Below, piece after piece: positions 44,740 through 55,040 of a stretch of DNA of 64,000 bases; position 1 is the first letter of the stretch; the number at the start of each line of letters is the position of its first letter. The translations under genes were made by a program, and so were the position numbers. The notes under the pieces were generated by a model. It saw nothing but the letters and a program-made list of their open reading frames with translations. It had not been told where the DNA came from and did not search any database. The DNA lies in IMG/VR virus record IMGVR_UViG_3300037454_000542, positions 1 to 64,000 of that record. One strand, written 5' to 3'. Source of the DNA: a virus. Taxonomy: Duplodnaviria; Caudoviricetes.

Positions 44740-45901
44740 TCACCCGCACTTTCTTTACATATGAGCCGTACTCTTGGCTCTGCTCGGACAGCGTCATCGC
44801 TATTTCTTCACCGATTAGAGACTCGTCAAACGGAACAGTAAGCGTCAGAACGCTGGTCGCGCCGCTGTCGGTGCAAGAGTACCCGATGCTATCGCTTTCT
44901 TTCGCCACAGCCCAAATTTTGAGTGTGTCAGAGACGGCCTCGCCAGCCTCGTTGACGCAAGTGCCTTTATATTTGCCCGTTGACCCAATTCGTATTGTGT
45001 CGCGTCCAACAATCAGGCAGCTCCCCGTTGGCTGCGGCGTCGGGGTATCAGAACCCATCGGCGAGTACACATCGCAAATGTCGTACTCAATACTGTCGTT
45101 TGCCTCGTGGTACACATCGCGCTGCACGGTCAATATCATCAAGTGGTCACCATCGCTGTGGTTGCCGGACTTGATGTCGATGCCGATTATCTTGTAAACC
45201 TCAAGAACGGACTTGAGGTTCTGATCGTATATCGTTCCAAGAGCAAGGCGCTTATCTATGTAGAGATACTGAGAAGCGCTCTCAAGCGAAATGTAAATCT
45301 TGTATGTGTTCGTAGGAACATAAGCATACGGATCTGTGGAACGACGCGAGTACGATCCATCGTCAACAACGATGTAGCGCGTATACACAGTAGGCGAGTG
45401 GTTCTGGAAGTGGATAATGTCATTACAAATCCACATTTTGCCGTTGATTATTCCGATTTTATCTACGTATAGCTCAACAACAATCCAGTTTTCGTCAAAA
45501 CATTCGACCATATCGCCAATGTGAATATTGGTGTCAGGAGGAGCTTTAATGCTGCATTCCTGCGAAGATGTACGGGAAAGAATCAGGGGAGTGGTTTCGC
45601 CTTCAACGACCGAATCGCTCTGGTACGCGGGGTCTTCCTCCATACCAGATAAGAAGGCTTCGATGGATTGCTCTATGGCGTACTGGCGAGCGTCAAAGGC
45701 AGACTCGCTATCCAAGCTAAGCAGTTTTTCCCATAGTTCCCAGTCTTCCTCCATAGGGGAGTCGTAACCAGGATCTCCAGACGGTTCGGTATTTTCGCCC
45801 CCGGGAGTTTCGGGTTCGGTGTTTCCTCCGCCTGGTATTTCGGGGTCGGTATTATTGCCGTCGTCAACGACGGGCTCGTTGTTATCATCCTCGGGGACCA
45901 T
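44726..45901 (-). CDS. Putative head-closure protein with N-terminal acidic Pro/Gly repeats and C-terminal Ig-like domain
   Basis: IHIGD.V..WIV..GKMWICN; NTEPExPGG repeats; IVGRDTIRIG. Confidence 0.55.
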   Translation of the reverse strand: MVPEDDNNEPVVDDGNNTDPEIPGGGNTEPETPGGENTEPSGDPGYDSPMEEDWELWEKLLSLDSESAFDARQYAIEQSIEAFLSGMEEDPAYQSDSVVEGETTPLILSRTSSQECSIKAPPDTNIHIGDMVECFDENWIVVELYVDKIGIINGKMWICNDIIHFQNHSPTVYTRYIVVDDGSYSRRSTDPYAYVPTNTYKIYISLESASQYLYIDKRLALGTIYDQNLKSVLEVYKIIGIDIKSGNHSDGDHLMILTVQRDVYHEANDSIEYDICDVYSPMGSDTPTPQPTGSCLIVGRDTIRIGSTGKYKGTCVNEAGEAVSDTLKIWAVAKESDSIGYSCTDSGATSVLTLTVPFDESLIGEEIAMTLSEQSQEYGSYVKKVRVIGVG

Positions 45902-45905
45902 ACCG

Positions 45906-46217
45906 TCACACCTCCCCGAAGTCGCGTGTTAACACGGTTTGTATATGCCTGGTGGATCTCAAAACAGTTGAGCGCCATTTGGTAAAGTCGAGCTTCAGGT
46001 TATCCCGAAGGGCAAATACGTTGCTCTGCACCTCGGCTATCTCTCGGATAGTCGCCAGTTCGGGGTAGCACGCAAATGCGCCCTCGAAGCTCGTGCAGAG
46101 ATTTTCAATGTAATCATCCAAATGGTTATCCATGCCGGCGTCATACGCTTCTCGCATAGGCAGCAACTTAAATATTTTACTCTGAAGAGACCTCAAATAT
46201 GTTTCTGTAATCGTCAT
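45906..46217 (-). CDS. Hypothetical protein
   Basis: RBS; KIFKLLP..E motif. Confidence 0.6.
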   Translation of the reverse strand: MTITETYLRSLQSKIFKLLPMREAYDAGMDNHLDDYIENLCTSFEGAFACYPELATIREIAEVQSNVFALRDNLKLDFTKWRSTVLRSTRHIQTVLTRDFGEV

Positions 46218-46236
46218 ATTCCGGCATCCCTCCTTG

Positions 46237-46680
46237 TCAATTCTTCAGCGTAGACAAAGTGTTGTCGAAGTACGAATATTGACGCATCCTGCTGTTAAAT
46301 TCATCTCGCAAAGTCTTGCGGAGAGTCTGTATTTCCTTCAGCAGGTTTGCTGGGCTATAGTAGTAATAGTCCTTGCTGTTCAGCACATTCTTCAACAGCT
46401 CGCTGTTCATCGTCTTGTACGACAGCCAGTAAAACGCAATGCCGAGTGCAAGTATTTCAATGACTTCGTCGTTCAAGTCTTCGTTGAACTGCTTGAGTTC
46501 CAAATCGTAATCGTTTAGATCAACCTTACAGATTCTTTGAAACTCCGTCTTAGCCGATATTAAATATTTCTCAAGCACGCCCTCACGAATGTCCTTATCC
46601 TGTTCGAGAAACTTGTAGTCTGCAAATCGAAAAATAGCACGCGCATAAATGTCAGTAAAGGGCGTCGCCATACTATTCAC
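46237..46680 (-). CDS. Putative head-tail adaptor
   Basis: TPF.DIY..F; FNEDL.DE.IEILA..W; YSPANLL. Confidence 0.65.
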   Translation of the reverse strand: MNSMATPFTDIYARAIFRFADYKFLEQDKDIREGVLEKYLISAKTEFQRICKVDLNDYDLELKQFNEDLNDEVIEILALGIAFYWLSYKTMNSELLKNVLNSKDYYYYSPANLLKEIQTLRKTLRDEFNSRMRQYSYFDNTLSTLKN

Positions 46681-46681
46681 C

Positions 46682-47272
46682 TCAGTTTAGTTCCTGTAAT
46701 TTACATCCAAGAGCCTCCTCAAAAGCTTTTATCGCTCTGAGTGAATCAAGAACACCGTTCTCGATGTACGCATTAAGCGCCACAATCAGATTGAGCTTAG
46801 CGCCATCGGACATCAGCGAAACCGCTTCTTTAATCTGAGCGGGGGTCATAGAGCAAAGTGATTCATAGTCCGACGGATCTATATAGTGCTTGTAATACTG
46901 TGTGATATACAACTGCTTATAGATGTCAGCGGGCTTAAAGTCTTCTGCTGTTTCGTCCGCAAATCCAAGGGGGAGAAGCCACTGCTCCTTGAAGAAATCG
47001 ATGCACTCCGTTTTGATGTTGCGCAGCGTGCTCATAGTGACCTGCTGCACTTCACCGCAGTTATCCCAGACAATCATTTCGCCGTTTCTGCGGCTTTTGA
47101 AAGTAAGGATGCCGAAAACGTTGCTACGCACGTTAATCAGCGCTGAATCCGGAATCGTGTTCTTGTTGTCCTTGGTTGTGTCGTCCAAATCAATCTTGCT
47201 AAAAGTGCCCTCGGTCAGAACACCAGCCATATCGACAGCCTTCGATGTTTTTCTAGGTTTTGCATTTGCCAT
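46682..47272 (-). CDS. Conserved protein downstream of the capsid gene
   Basis: RBS AAGGAG; G.LDS..IK..E..LG C-terminus. Confidence 0.65.
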   Translation of the reverse strand: MANAKPRKTSKAVDMAGVLTEGTFSKIDLDDTTKDNKNTIPDSALINVRSNVFGILTFKSRRNGEMIVWDNCGEVQQVTMSTLRNIKTECIDFFKEQWLLPLGFADETAEDFKPADIYKQLYITQYYKHYIDPSDYESLCSMTPAQIKEAVSLMSDGAKLNLIVALNAYIENGVLDSLRAIKAFEEALGCKLQELN

Positions 47273-47291
47273 AATAATCTCCTTTTATACC

Positions 47292-47324
47292 GTGTGAAGG
47301 GGCGTTATTTCTAACGCCCCACAC
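47292..47324. terminator. Hairpin after the capsid gene
   Basis: GGGGCGTTA/TAACGCCCC; no clear U-tract. Confidence 0.5.
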
Positions 47325-47365
47325 AAATAAATCCTACTAAATCATACATTCAAACAAAAACGCTA

Positions 47366-48373
47366 TTAAGCAAGCGGCACCGCGGACACGCCCATCTTCT
47401 GAGCAACGATAGCGCCCACGCCGAGCTTCTGAATGTACACATACTCTTGAGTCAGGTCAGCGTTCTCGCCAGCGCTGTGCTCAAACAGCATGCCGTCGCC
47501 TTCGTTGACAACCTTAATCGGTTTGTCATCGCCAGCAATGACAAAGATTTTGCCATCGGTGTACGCGAAGGTATCGGTTCCGGGCTTATGGCTCTGAGCC
47601 AGGCGATAGCAAGGCGTGCCATTGAAGTTGCCGTAGTAGCCGAGTTTGTACATGTCATCTTTGTAGAGCTCGCCAGAGATAGCAACTTTCAGGCCGCGCA
47701 GAGCGCCTTTGGTGCCGTAAATCTTGGCGGGTTTGCCGGTAGCGGCTTCCACATGCTCAATCATCGTAACGACCTGAGCTTCGGTAGGAGTACCGCTCAG
47801 AACGTAAACGGCGCTCAGACCATCGGTAGAAGCGCTGATAGCTTCAATGGCAGCCCAAGCGGCGTTCGCAATGTAAGACTTGAACGCATTGCCTACGCCC
47901 TCAACGAACTTATCGAAGTCGATGCGGCCGGCCATGAGTCTCTCAAGGTCTTCGTAAACGCGGATGATTTTAGCTTCGGTAGGAACGGACACGGTCGTGC
48001 CGCCAACGATGCGCTGACGACGGACTTTCTGGATACCATTCGCAACGGAAGCCACGACAAAGTTCGCATTGTCCTCAACATAGAACTCGGCAGCGTCGCC
48101 GTCTTTGATGTTTCGGTATTCAACGATGTCGCTGAACAGGGGATTCGCGTCGGTCTTAATGCCTTCCTCGATAATCACGGGGATAAGCTCTTCGACGAGT
48201 TCGAACAGAGCATTGCCGCGATAGAAGGTCTTCGGGTTAATCTTTTTGGAACCACCATTCAGGTCGATAAAAGCCTGTACGAGTTCATCGGAAGTCTGCT
48301 TGGCGGAAAATTTACCATCGGTTCTGCCGCGCACTGCGTCGATGGCAACACTAAGAATTTCATTTCTTTCCAT
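47366..48373 (-). CDS. Major capsid protein (start MERNE at 48373)
   Basis: About 335 aa, strongly biased codons, position after scaffold and decoration genes. Confidence 0.8.
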   Translation of the reverse strand: MERNEILSVAIDAVRGRTDGKFSAKQTSDELVQAFIDLNGGSKKINPKTFYRGNALFELVEELIPVIIEEGIKTDANPLFSDIVEYRNIKDGDAAEFYVEDNANFVVASVANGIQKVRRQRIVGGTTVSVPTEAKIIRVYEDLERLMAGRIDFDKFVEGVGNAFKSYIANAAWAAIEAISASTDGLSAVYVLSGTPTEAQVVTMIEHVEAATGKPAKIYGTKGALRGLKVAISGELYKDDMYKLGYYGNFNGTPCYRLAQSHKPGTDTFAYTDGKIFVIAGDDKPIKVVNEGDGMLFEHSAGENADLTQEYVYIQKLGVGAIVAQKMGVSAVPLA

Positions 48374-48399
48374 AGTATTATTCTCCTCTCTGGGTGCGA

Positions 48400-48897
48400 T
48401 TAGGATACGCGCACGACGTACCAAGTAACCGGGCCCTGAACCTCGATGGCTTCAAGGTCGCCAATCTTGGTGGAGCCGGAGGTAACGGAATCGACAGCCT
48501 TCAGCTTGGTGCCAGCCTGAAGCTCGAATACCGTAGTACCAACGGTGTAGGTGTAGTTATCGGCAGCGGTAATAGCGTCAGCCGTAATGGCAAACACGTC
48601 GCCTTTAACAAGGATATAGCCTCTCGCGATGGTACCAACTTTGTTGGTGAAGTCGCCGAGCGAATTGTACTTTTTGTCTTTAATGACCTCGGGGGTGCCG
48701 ATAATAGCGATGTCGCCAAGAACGTCATTAACAGCAGGAGTGCTGTACTCGCGAACTTCGCGCTCGCCAGTTTTGAGGGCGCCCCACTTAACGACGTTGC
48801 CGTTGTCAAGGTCATTGGATGCGACTTTCAGACTGACAAGATACTTGCCATCATGAGTTCCTTCAAGGTTATCGGAACGGAACATACCATATGCCAT
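48400..48897 (-). CDS. Putative capsid decoration/cement protein
   Basis: LDNG.VV, RGY.L..GD.F; between scaffold and capsid; biased codons. Confidence 0.65.
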   Translation of the reverse strand: MAYGMFRSDNLEGTHDGKYLVSLKVASNDLDNGNVVKWGALKTGEREVREYSTPAVNDVLGDIAIIGTPEVIKDKKYNSLGDFTNKVGTIARGYILVKGDVFAITADAITAADNYTYTVGTTVFELQAGTKLKAVDSVTSGSTKIGDLEAIEVQGPVTWYVVRVS

Positions 48898-48932
48898 AGT
48901 GTATTTCTCCTTTTTTATTTTGATTTTTTGGT

Positions 48933-50408
48933 TTAGTGTAAACCGTATTGTTCGTGAAGCTTGTCACGAGGTGTCAAAGTGGCACTCACTGCAGGGCGAA
49001 TTGGCACTGAAGGCTCAGCGCCCTTGTGCGACTTTTGGAACAGACCGTATTTGCCGCGAACGACGTAGCAGGCATTCTTCAGCGCTTCAACGCTTTCGTA
49101 AGCCATCTTGTTTGTGACAACGTTGTCATACTCTTCGTTGCCAGCAAGATCCGCAAACGATTCAAGAACCGCGTCATACGCGTTCTCTTTGTCCTGCTCT
49201 TCGCGCTGAGCTTTGTATTCAATAAGCTCTTCATAGTGCGCGCGGTCGGAATCAACTTTAGCCTTTTCATCTGCCGTCAGCCAGCATACGAACATAGGCT
49301 CAAACGCGCCGGTAAGCGAAGCCACCTTTGCGGAGTCATCGTAAATGTACTCACAACGGAACTTCTCGCTTTTGCAGCCGTCAGGCGTATACGAGCAGCG
49401 TTCGACGTACACATACTTATCATCAAAGTCGCAGACATAGAAGTACGTATTTTCTGTATTAGGCATTGCGGCGTCTAACGCGCGTGCCATATCCATGTAC
49501 GTGAAGTGTACCTGCGGGGCTTCTTCGACGGTTTCGGCAACAGATTCGGGAGCGGCCTCTTCCTCGCTGAAATTTTCGCCATTAGATTCGGCAGCCTCCT
49601 GAGCGGAAAACTCGGGTTCGCCATTATTAACCACTTCCTCAGTAGCAACAGTCTCGGCCGTGTCAATAGCGTTATCAGTAAATTCTTCGGTCATAATCTC
49701 TTCTCCCTCCTTTCCGTGATCTCTCATGAAATATGCGGAAAGGTCTTTCTTAAATTCATTCAGCAAGGTCATAAAGGTGTCGTCTGCCGCGAACTCATAG
49801 TCCGCCGCAACCACCTTAGACTCAGGAAAGCAAGGCTCTGTATTGAACTCGGGGTTGTCCGACTTACCGAGCAAGCAGAGAGCAGAGTATGAATAGCGCA
49901 ACAGATTGGTGTAGTTCTTATCTTCGTCGAGCGGCGCATAATCCAGAACGTTGATTTCCATAGACTGACTGAACATCCAGTCTTCCTCGTAGATTGCGTC
50001 AAGCAGCTCAGGGAAGCGCCCCGTCCAAAGCAGGCACTCGGCTACGATATAAGTCTTTACGTCGCCGTTCGGCTCTTCCAGGTCTTCGTAATGCACGTTG
50101 TCTTGCAGCGGGACTACGCCGTAAGGAACGCACAGAGACTTGAAAACGTACTGGCCGTTCTTGTCTTTCTCGACTACACGATCATGTCCGCCCATGTGGG
50201 CTTCGCCGTTCTCGTCGGTGTACAAATGTCCTATAATCGGTATATTGTACAAACTTTCAAGAGCTTCATCGGCTGCATCCTTAGAAATAAACGAAAAATT
50301 CCTGTTTTTTCCAAGCGCACACACATAAACGGCACATTTAGTAAACTCCTCATTGAGTTTCTCAAGGGGTTTTATCTTCGCGCTAAAAGTAACTTTCTTC
50401 TTTTCCAC
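48933..50408 (-). CDS. Prohead protease/scaffold
   Basis: KNRNFS, GGHD, LWTGR, QSMEI, ALCLLG..EPCF; acidic scaffold C-terminus. Confidence 0.8.
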   Translation of the reverse strand: MEKKKVTFSAKIKPLEKLNEEFTKCAVYVCALGKNRNFSFISKDAADEALESLYNIPIIGHLYTDENGEAHMGGHDRVVEKDKNGQYVFKSLCVPYGVVPLQDNVHYEDLEEPNGDVKTYIVAECLLWTGRFPELLDAIYEEDWMFSQSMEINVLDYAPLDEDKNYTNLLRYSYSALCLLGKSDNPEFNTEPCFPESKVVAADYEFAADDTFMTLLNEFKKDLSAYFMRDHGKEGEEIMTEEFTDNAIDTAETVATEEVVNNGEPEFSAQEAAESNGENFSEEEAAPESVAETVEEAPQVHFTYMDMARALDAAMPNTENTYFYVCDFDDKYVYVERCSYTPDGCKSEKFRCEYIYDDSAKVASLTGAFEPMFVCWLTADEKAKVDSDRAHYEELIEYKAQREEQDKENAYDAVLESFADLAGNEEYDNVVTNKMAYESVEALKNACYVVRGKYGLFQKSHKGAEPSVPIRPAVSATLTPRDKLHEQYGLH

Positions 50409-50423
50409 ACTTTCCCTCCTTTC

Positions 50424-50630
50424 TCAGAATCTCAGCTTGTTTTCGATTACATACTTCTCAGTTGAAAAATGCTGCTGGAGAACAGCGCTTAACTCGGGAG
50501 TTGCATGAAATACAAAAACGTCACCTTCCTTGATGTATATAAAACCGGCATGTATCAGAAACTCGGATACATCCCGGTCAAATACTTTAACGAAACCTTG
50601 GTGCGTACAATTATTCACTGCCTTCACCAT
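50424..50630 (-). CDS. Small hypothetical protein (start approximate)
   Basis: Fills the portal-protease gap; L..AGF.YI..VF..NKLRF. Confidence 0.5.
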   Translation of the reverse strand: MVKAVNNCTHQGFVKVFDRDVSEFLIHAGFIYIKEGDVFVFHATPELSAVLQQHFSTEKYVIENKLRF

Positions 50631-52116
50631 CTCTCGTTCTTTCTCCTTCGTCAGACAAGTCATCATCGCTGACTCTGGGCCGTCCGCGTTCGCCAGTGCC
50701 GGTGTCGCCGGACTGCGTAGAAGCGGTTTTCATCGGCGTAAACATATTGTCAATATCAAGAATCTCGTCTGCAACATAGTTTTCGCCCTGAATATCGTGT
50801 TGCCTGATGTCCATAAGCGCAAGAAACTCAAGCTTGCCGATACCATAGTTCATTGCGCTGCGGTACTGGTCTATCTTCTCGCTGCGGTTGAAGCAAGATA
50901 CATCGAGAAAATGGATCTTGAACTTCACGGTGCCGGAAATCAGCTTCAGGAATCTGTTGATGATGCTCTCGCCCTGATACATAAGCCCGAATGCAAACGC
51001 CTCGTCAGCATTCACGGCGAGCTTGGTCACGCCCGTAGTGTTGGACCTGTTAGATCCGTGCAGCGACGCGTTCGTGCCGGCTTCAGCGAAATAGTTTTCG
51101 CTAGCCCTGGCCACCGCATCAATCTGCGCGGCTGTCGCATTCTGCTCAAATGAAAACTCCTTGAGGTCGAACGGACTGATAGCCACTCCGACGCGGTCTC
51201 CGACATTTTGCGAAATGTGCTGATAGTAATCCATAGCCACATTGTAATCAAGCAGCGGTATTCCTTCGTCGTCAATTGGAACCTTGCCGGCTAAAAGCTT
51301 ATAGTTAGACATCTCGCCGGATGTCTCGCTCTGCTCTTTGCTGTTCTCGATCTGGAACAGGGTGGGCATAGTCCCCGCGAACACAGGAATACTGTAGTCG
51401 ATGATCGACGGATCAGCTTTGAAGCATATTGCAATTTCCGGAGGAACAAGCTGATATTTTTCGCCGGTTCTTTTATATTCTTTATACATATCTGTGAACG
51501 CCGGAGGATAGTATGTGGGAAGATCCCCCTCGTTTACTTGAGACATATCGTATTTGAATTGGAACACTCCGCCGTCAGTAATACTGACAATCGCGCAATA
51601 GTCCGGGTTTAGCTTCTGGAGAATAAAAGAATCTCCGTTGCCTCCCCAAACGCAACCGAAAAAGGCGCCTTCTCTCAGCGCCGTAACGACGATTGAACGC
51701 ATTGTCCTCGCAACGCCCATAGACTCCAGAATATTACACACTCTATAATACTGCTTAGTAAAAGCCTCTTTCTTTACTTTTGCCGGATTATAATTAACAG
51801 GCGAAATCGTATACAGCCAGCAAGGGACACTCGCGTAATAGTTGATAAGGTTGCGATAACGCGGGTTAATCTGGTAAAGATATACAGAACTTTCCCTTAA
51901 TTGCTTTTCGCTAGTTGATGGAGAGCGCAGATATTCTTCTATCGTCTCCCGAGTGGGGGCGGAGTAGCTTCTATTTTTGCGTCTTGAAGTTTTACCGTCA
52001 GGATCGTGCAGTTGCTGACTCGCCAACTTCTTTGCAAACATTATGGCTTGCTGTAATTTAGGAGACACTTCTTGGGCCTCCTCTTGTTCTGGTTTAATCT
52101 TAGCTGTACGTGCCAC
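50611..52116 (-). CDS. Portal protein
   Basis: 501 aa after TerL; LRE.S.YLY..Y; P..TASTQSG..GRP C-terminus. Confidence 0.8.
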   Translation of the reverse strand: MARTAKIKPEQEEAQEVSPKLQQAIMFAKKLASQQLHDPDGKTSRRKNRSYSAPTRETIEEYLRSPSTSEKQLRESSVYLYQINPRYRNLINYYASVPCWLYTISPVNYNPAKVKKEAFTKQYYRVCNILESMGVARTMRSIVVTALREGAFFGCVWGGNGDSFILQKLNPDYCAIVSITDGGVFQFKYDMSQVNEGDLPTYYPPAFTDMYKEYKRTGEKYQLVPPEIAICFKADPSIIDYSIPVFAGTMPTLFQIENSKEQSETSGEMSNYKLLAGKVPIDDEGIPLLDYNVAMDYYQHISQNVGDRVGVAISPFDLKEFSFEQNATAAQIDAVARASENYFAEAGTNASLHGSNRSNTTGVTKLAVNADEAFAFGLMYQGESIINRFLKLISGTVKFKIHFLDVSCFNRSEKIDQYRSAMNYGIGKLEFLALMDIRQHDIQGENYVADEILDIDNMFTPMKTASTQSGDTGTGERGRPRVSDDDLSDEGERTRDGEGSE

Positions 52117-52137
52117 GCAATCACGCCCTCCTTTCCT

Positions 52138-53880
52138 TTATTGTCTTCGTTTAATATCGGGTTGCCTAAACTGAAAGACCAAGTCCTGCATGGTCTTTTT
52201 GGATCGTTTGGCAATATAATCTTTTTCTATTTGCTTTCCTATCTCGACCGAGTAGGAAAGAGAACTGTATCGGTCTTTACGCATTCCGGACTTTTCCTTA
52301 ACACGCACTACTCCGTTATGGTCCTCGTATTGCAGAGAAACCAGCTCGTTAATCAGCAGCGTTGTGTTGATATAAGGCAATCTGAATCGCATCTTATCTT
52401 CGAGTGACAGTTTGTTATAGCCGGCAAGCCCAGATGCAATTTCGTCAAAGTCATCTTCATTGACTAATAGTTGTATCGTGCCTTGCTTTATGCTTTCTCG
52501 AAGCCCTAAAGCGCTGCGTGAGTTAAAGTCGGCGGTCGCAAGTATCGGATAAATAACCCTTGGCGCATTTTTCACCTGACACCGCTCTGCAATATCGGGG
52601 TTGACCGATGACAACGCACCATAGACAACGCCTGTTTCAGGATCGTATATATCGCCCATAAGCGTATCCAGAACGCCAATACCCACGCCTCTTGAGTCAA
52701 TTACAAGGGCATCGGCATCATACTCGTAAAAGAGTTGGCGTATTCGCAGAGCCTGCTCTTCCGTCCGATAACCCTCGTTGTTTTCGCCGTAGATAATCTT
52801 GTTTACGCTTTTTCCGTTATCATTTAGCAATAATTGGTTGATAAAGATCGAAGTTGCGTCGTTATTACGCCCTTTACCGCTCTTCATCAACGCAATATCG
52901 GCAGATAGTATGCGAACCTCGTTGTGCATCTTCGGAGGTATCTTTACTCGCTTATCAGATATTAGCCCGGAAACATTTGCAGGGTAGAAAGCGTACTTTA
53001 ACCTGCGGCAAGGTACTAGGTCTCCGTGTTCGTAAAGGCAGCCGTCCGCAGCGCCGGTGTAGAAAAGTGCTTCCATTTCCTGCTGGAAAGTTATTTCGTT
53101 ATACGACGAATCGGCCATTTCTTCCATAACGCGTTCGCGAGTAAGGAGATTTTCCTTGATAGCTATCTGATACGGCAAAGCACAGGCAAAATACGGATAG
53201 TTGCCGCTTATCATCTGAGCGGACGTAGTTTTGGTTTCGTCATACGCCCAGTTGTCGCTGAAGTAGGCACTCGAAAGCAGAATGGTTTTATTCTCTTCCG
53301 TCGGATAGTGCATATATTCTGCTTTGCGCATATAACCCGGCTGCCGGTTAACGTTAAGGAATTTTCTTAAAACAGTATTGTATATATTTTGATCTACCTG
53401 CCTAAACTCATCTACAAGAAGCAAATGGCACCGCAAACCTCTTGCGTTGTCATTCGCGGTACAAACAACAATCGTAGAAGAGTTCCTGAACGTAATGGTA
53501 GAGTTATACTGGTTCATCTGAATGTCGCTTATCTCTGTTTGAAGGATTGGCGAGTTGGGCATAAGGATATTTTTAACCTTGCCAATAACCTCGTTGCTCT
53601 GCTTCCGCGTCTTGGAAGCTACAACGATAATTGTGCCCGGATATAGGATACACCTGGCGACACAAAAAACAGCCGTTAAGAACGTCTTGCCGAGACCGCG
53701 GCAAGTTATCAAGGTAGTCTTTGTGTTGTTATTCATAGCCCAAAGCAGGAACTTTTGAAATAAGCGCAGCCTTACATTGAGCGCATCCTCCACGAACCGA
53801 TGAATATTGCTGCGCCAATACGCAACCCACTTCTGGAGCTTGGTATCAAAGTCAGCGCTCTTCATTCGGGTGTTCACCAT
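52138..53880 (-). CDS. Terminase large subunit
   Basis: CRGLGKT Walker A, NARG.R, LLVDEF, LSSA; nuclease SADIA, VIDSRGVG, RKDRYSS. Confidence 0.92.
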   Translation of the reverse strand: MVNTRMKSADFDTKLQKWVAYWRSNIHRFVEDALNVRLRLFQKFLLWAMNNNTKTTLITCRGLGKTFLTAVFCVARCILYPGTIIVVASKTRKQSNEVIGKVKNILMPNSPILQTEISDIQMNQYNSTITFRNSSTIVVCTANDNARGLRCHLLLVDEFRQVDQNIYNTVLRKFLNVNRQPGYMRKAEYMHYPTEENKTILLSSAYFSDNWAYDETKTTSAQMISGNYPYFACALPYQIAIKENLLTRERVMEEMADSSYNEITFQQEMEALFYTGAADGCLYEHGDLVPCRRLKYAFYPANVSGLISDKRVKIPPKMHNEVRILSADIALMKSGKGRNNDATSIFINQLLLNDNGKSVNKIIYGENNEGYRTEEQALRIRQLFYEYDADALVIDSRGVGIGVLDTLMGDIYDPETGVVYGALSSVNPDIAERCQVKNAPRVIYPILATADFNSRSALGLRESIKQGTIQLLVNEDDFDEIASGLAGYNKLSLEDKMRFRLPYINTTLLINELVSLQYEDHNGVVRVKEKSGMRKDRYSSLSYSVEIGKQIEKDYIAKRSKKTMQDLVFQFRQPDIKRRQ

Positions 53881-54994
53881 CCTCACCGGCGTTATCAAAC
53901 AACCCTTCGATGTCTTCTATACCGTCGCCATCTTTAGGAAGCTCCACGGTATACTTCGCCATTTCTTCGTCGTACGCGCGCTGGTAGTCATTCTTGATGT
54001 GCAGTGCTTTCGCGAGGTGCCCGAAGAAGAATGTTGAAATATACTTCCGAATGCCGTCAGGGTCTTTGAACTCCTCACTCGGTTCCGGGATCGGCTCTTC
54101 GTCTTCGATCCTCTTAATGAGTTGCCCGAGGCACATCTGCGTAGAACTGGAGTTCGCGGTTTCGCTCGCTTGACGCGGGGTCAGGTTGCAGTTTGCCATC
54201 AAGTCTGTCAGAGACTTCATTGAATCCGTGACCATCTTGCTGTTGCCTAGGGACTGAGCTCTACGCACATTCAACTGTGCAAGGCAAATAGCCTTTATCA
54301 GTTCTTCCTGGCTCTTGCTTTTTACCTCGACCTTGTTACACCAATCGGCATATTCACCTTCGAGGAACTCATACTCTCGAGGCTCCATACCGGTCGACCA
54401 TCTTCTGACCATATCTTTGGTAACGACAAAAGGCTCTTCGTCGCCCATATCTATTTGTGAATCGTCAAGCGTCCTCACTATTTTGGATGCCTCAAATTCG
54501 TCGCGGACTGTGTCGAGGAATGTTTCGCCGCGCATACCGACCTGGCGCGTCGCCATCTTCGAGGGATATAGCGTAACTCTGGAAGAACCGTAATGGACCT
54601 GGGCAAGCGTCATCGCTGAAGCGGCCTCGTCGTAGTACCAGTCAAATATCCGGCACAGATGCTTCAGGGCGTGCTCTTCATTGCCGCCGTAAAACGAGGT
54701 CATATTCTCCATCAGAGCCTCGCAGCACGACTTGCAGAACGGCAGGTATCCGCCGTTTCCGCGCCACAACGGAGACTTGCTGCTCAGAAAATTGCCGCTT
54801 TGCCTTGAATATTCGTTGCCGCACATGCAGCATCTATATTTTTTAATATCGTCCGGGAGTGGCTTATACCTGATCTCCTGGGGCGTATAGTTTGGATTGA
54901 CAAGAATCGGTCTGGCGTTGTCATTCCGCACCCTATCTTTCAGCGCCTTGGTGTCGTTCGGGGCACGCTCAGGCTTCGGCTGAACAATTGACAT
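53852..54994 (-). CDS. Zn-finger protein upstream of TerL (possible terminase small subunit)
   Basis: CCMCG..PFCKSC; E.EEPIP; overlaps TerL. Confidence 0.55.
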   Translation of the reverse strand: MSIVQPKPERAPNDTKALKDRVRNDNARPILVNPNYTPQEIRYKPLPDDIKKYRCCMCGNEYSRQSGNFLSSKSPLWRGNGGYLPFCKSCCEALMENMTSFYGGNEEHALKHLCRIFDWYYDEAASAMTLAQVHYGSSRVTLYPSKMATRQVGMRGETFLDTVRDEFEASKIVRTLDDSQIDMGDEEPFVVTKDMVRRWSTGMEPREYEFLEGEYADWCNKVEVKSKSQEELIKAICLAQLNVRRAQSLGNSKMVTDSMKSLTDLMANCNLTPRQASETANSSSTQMCLGQLIKRIEDEEPIPEPSEEFKDPDGIRKYISTFFFGHLAKALHIKNDYQRAYDEEMAKYTVELPKDGDGIEDIEGLFDNAGEDGEHPNEER

Positions 54995-55040
54995 ATAACC
55001 ACTCCATCCTTTTATTCCATTAAATCTTTAACCTAAATGG

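Noticed and set aside
47447-48403. 318-aa + strand ORF opposite the capsid gene (also 59698..60594, 32129..32899, 293..1036)
   Set aside because: Antisense shadows of biased codon usage in real genes; no RBS or motifs.
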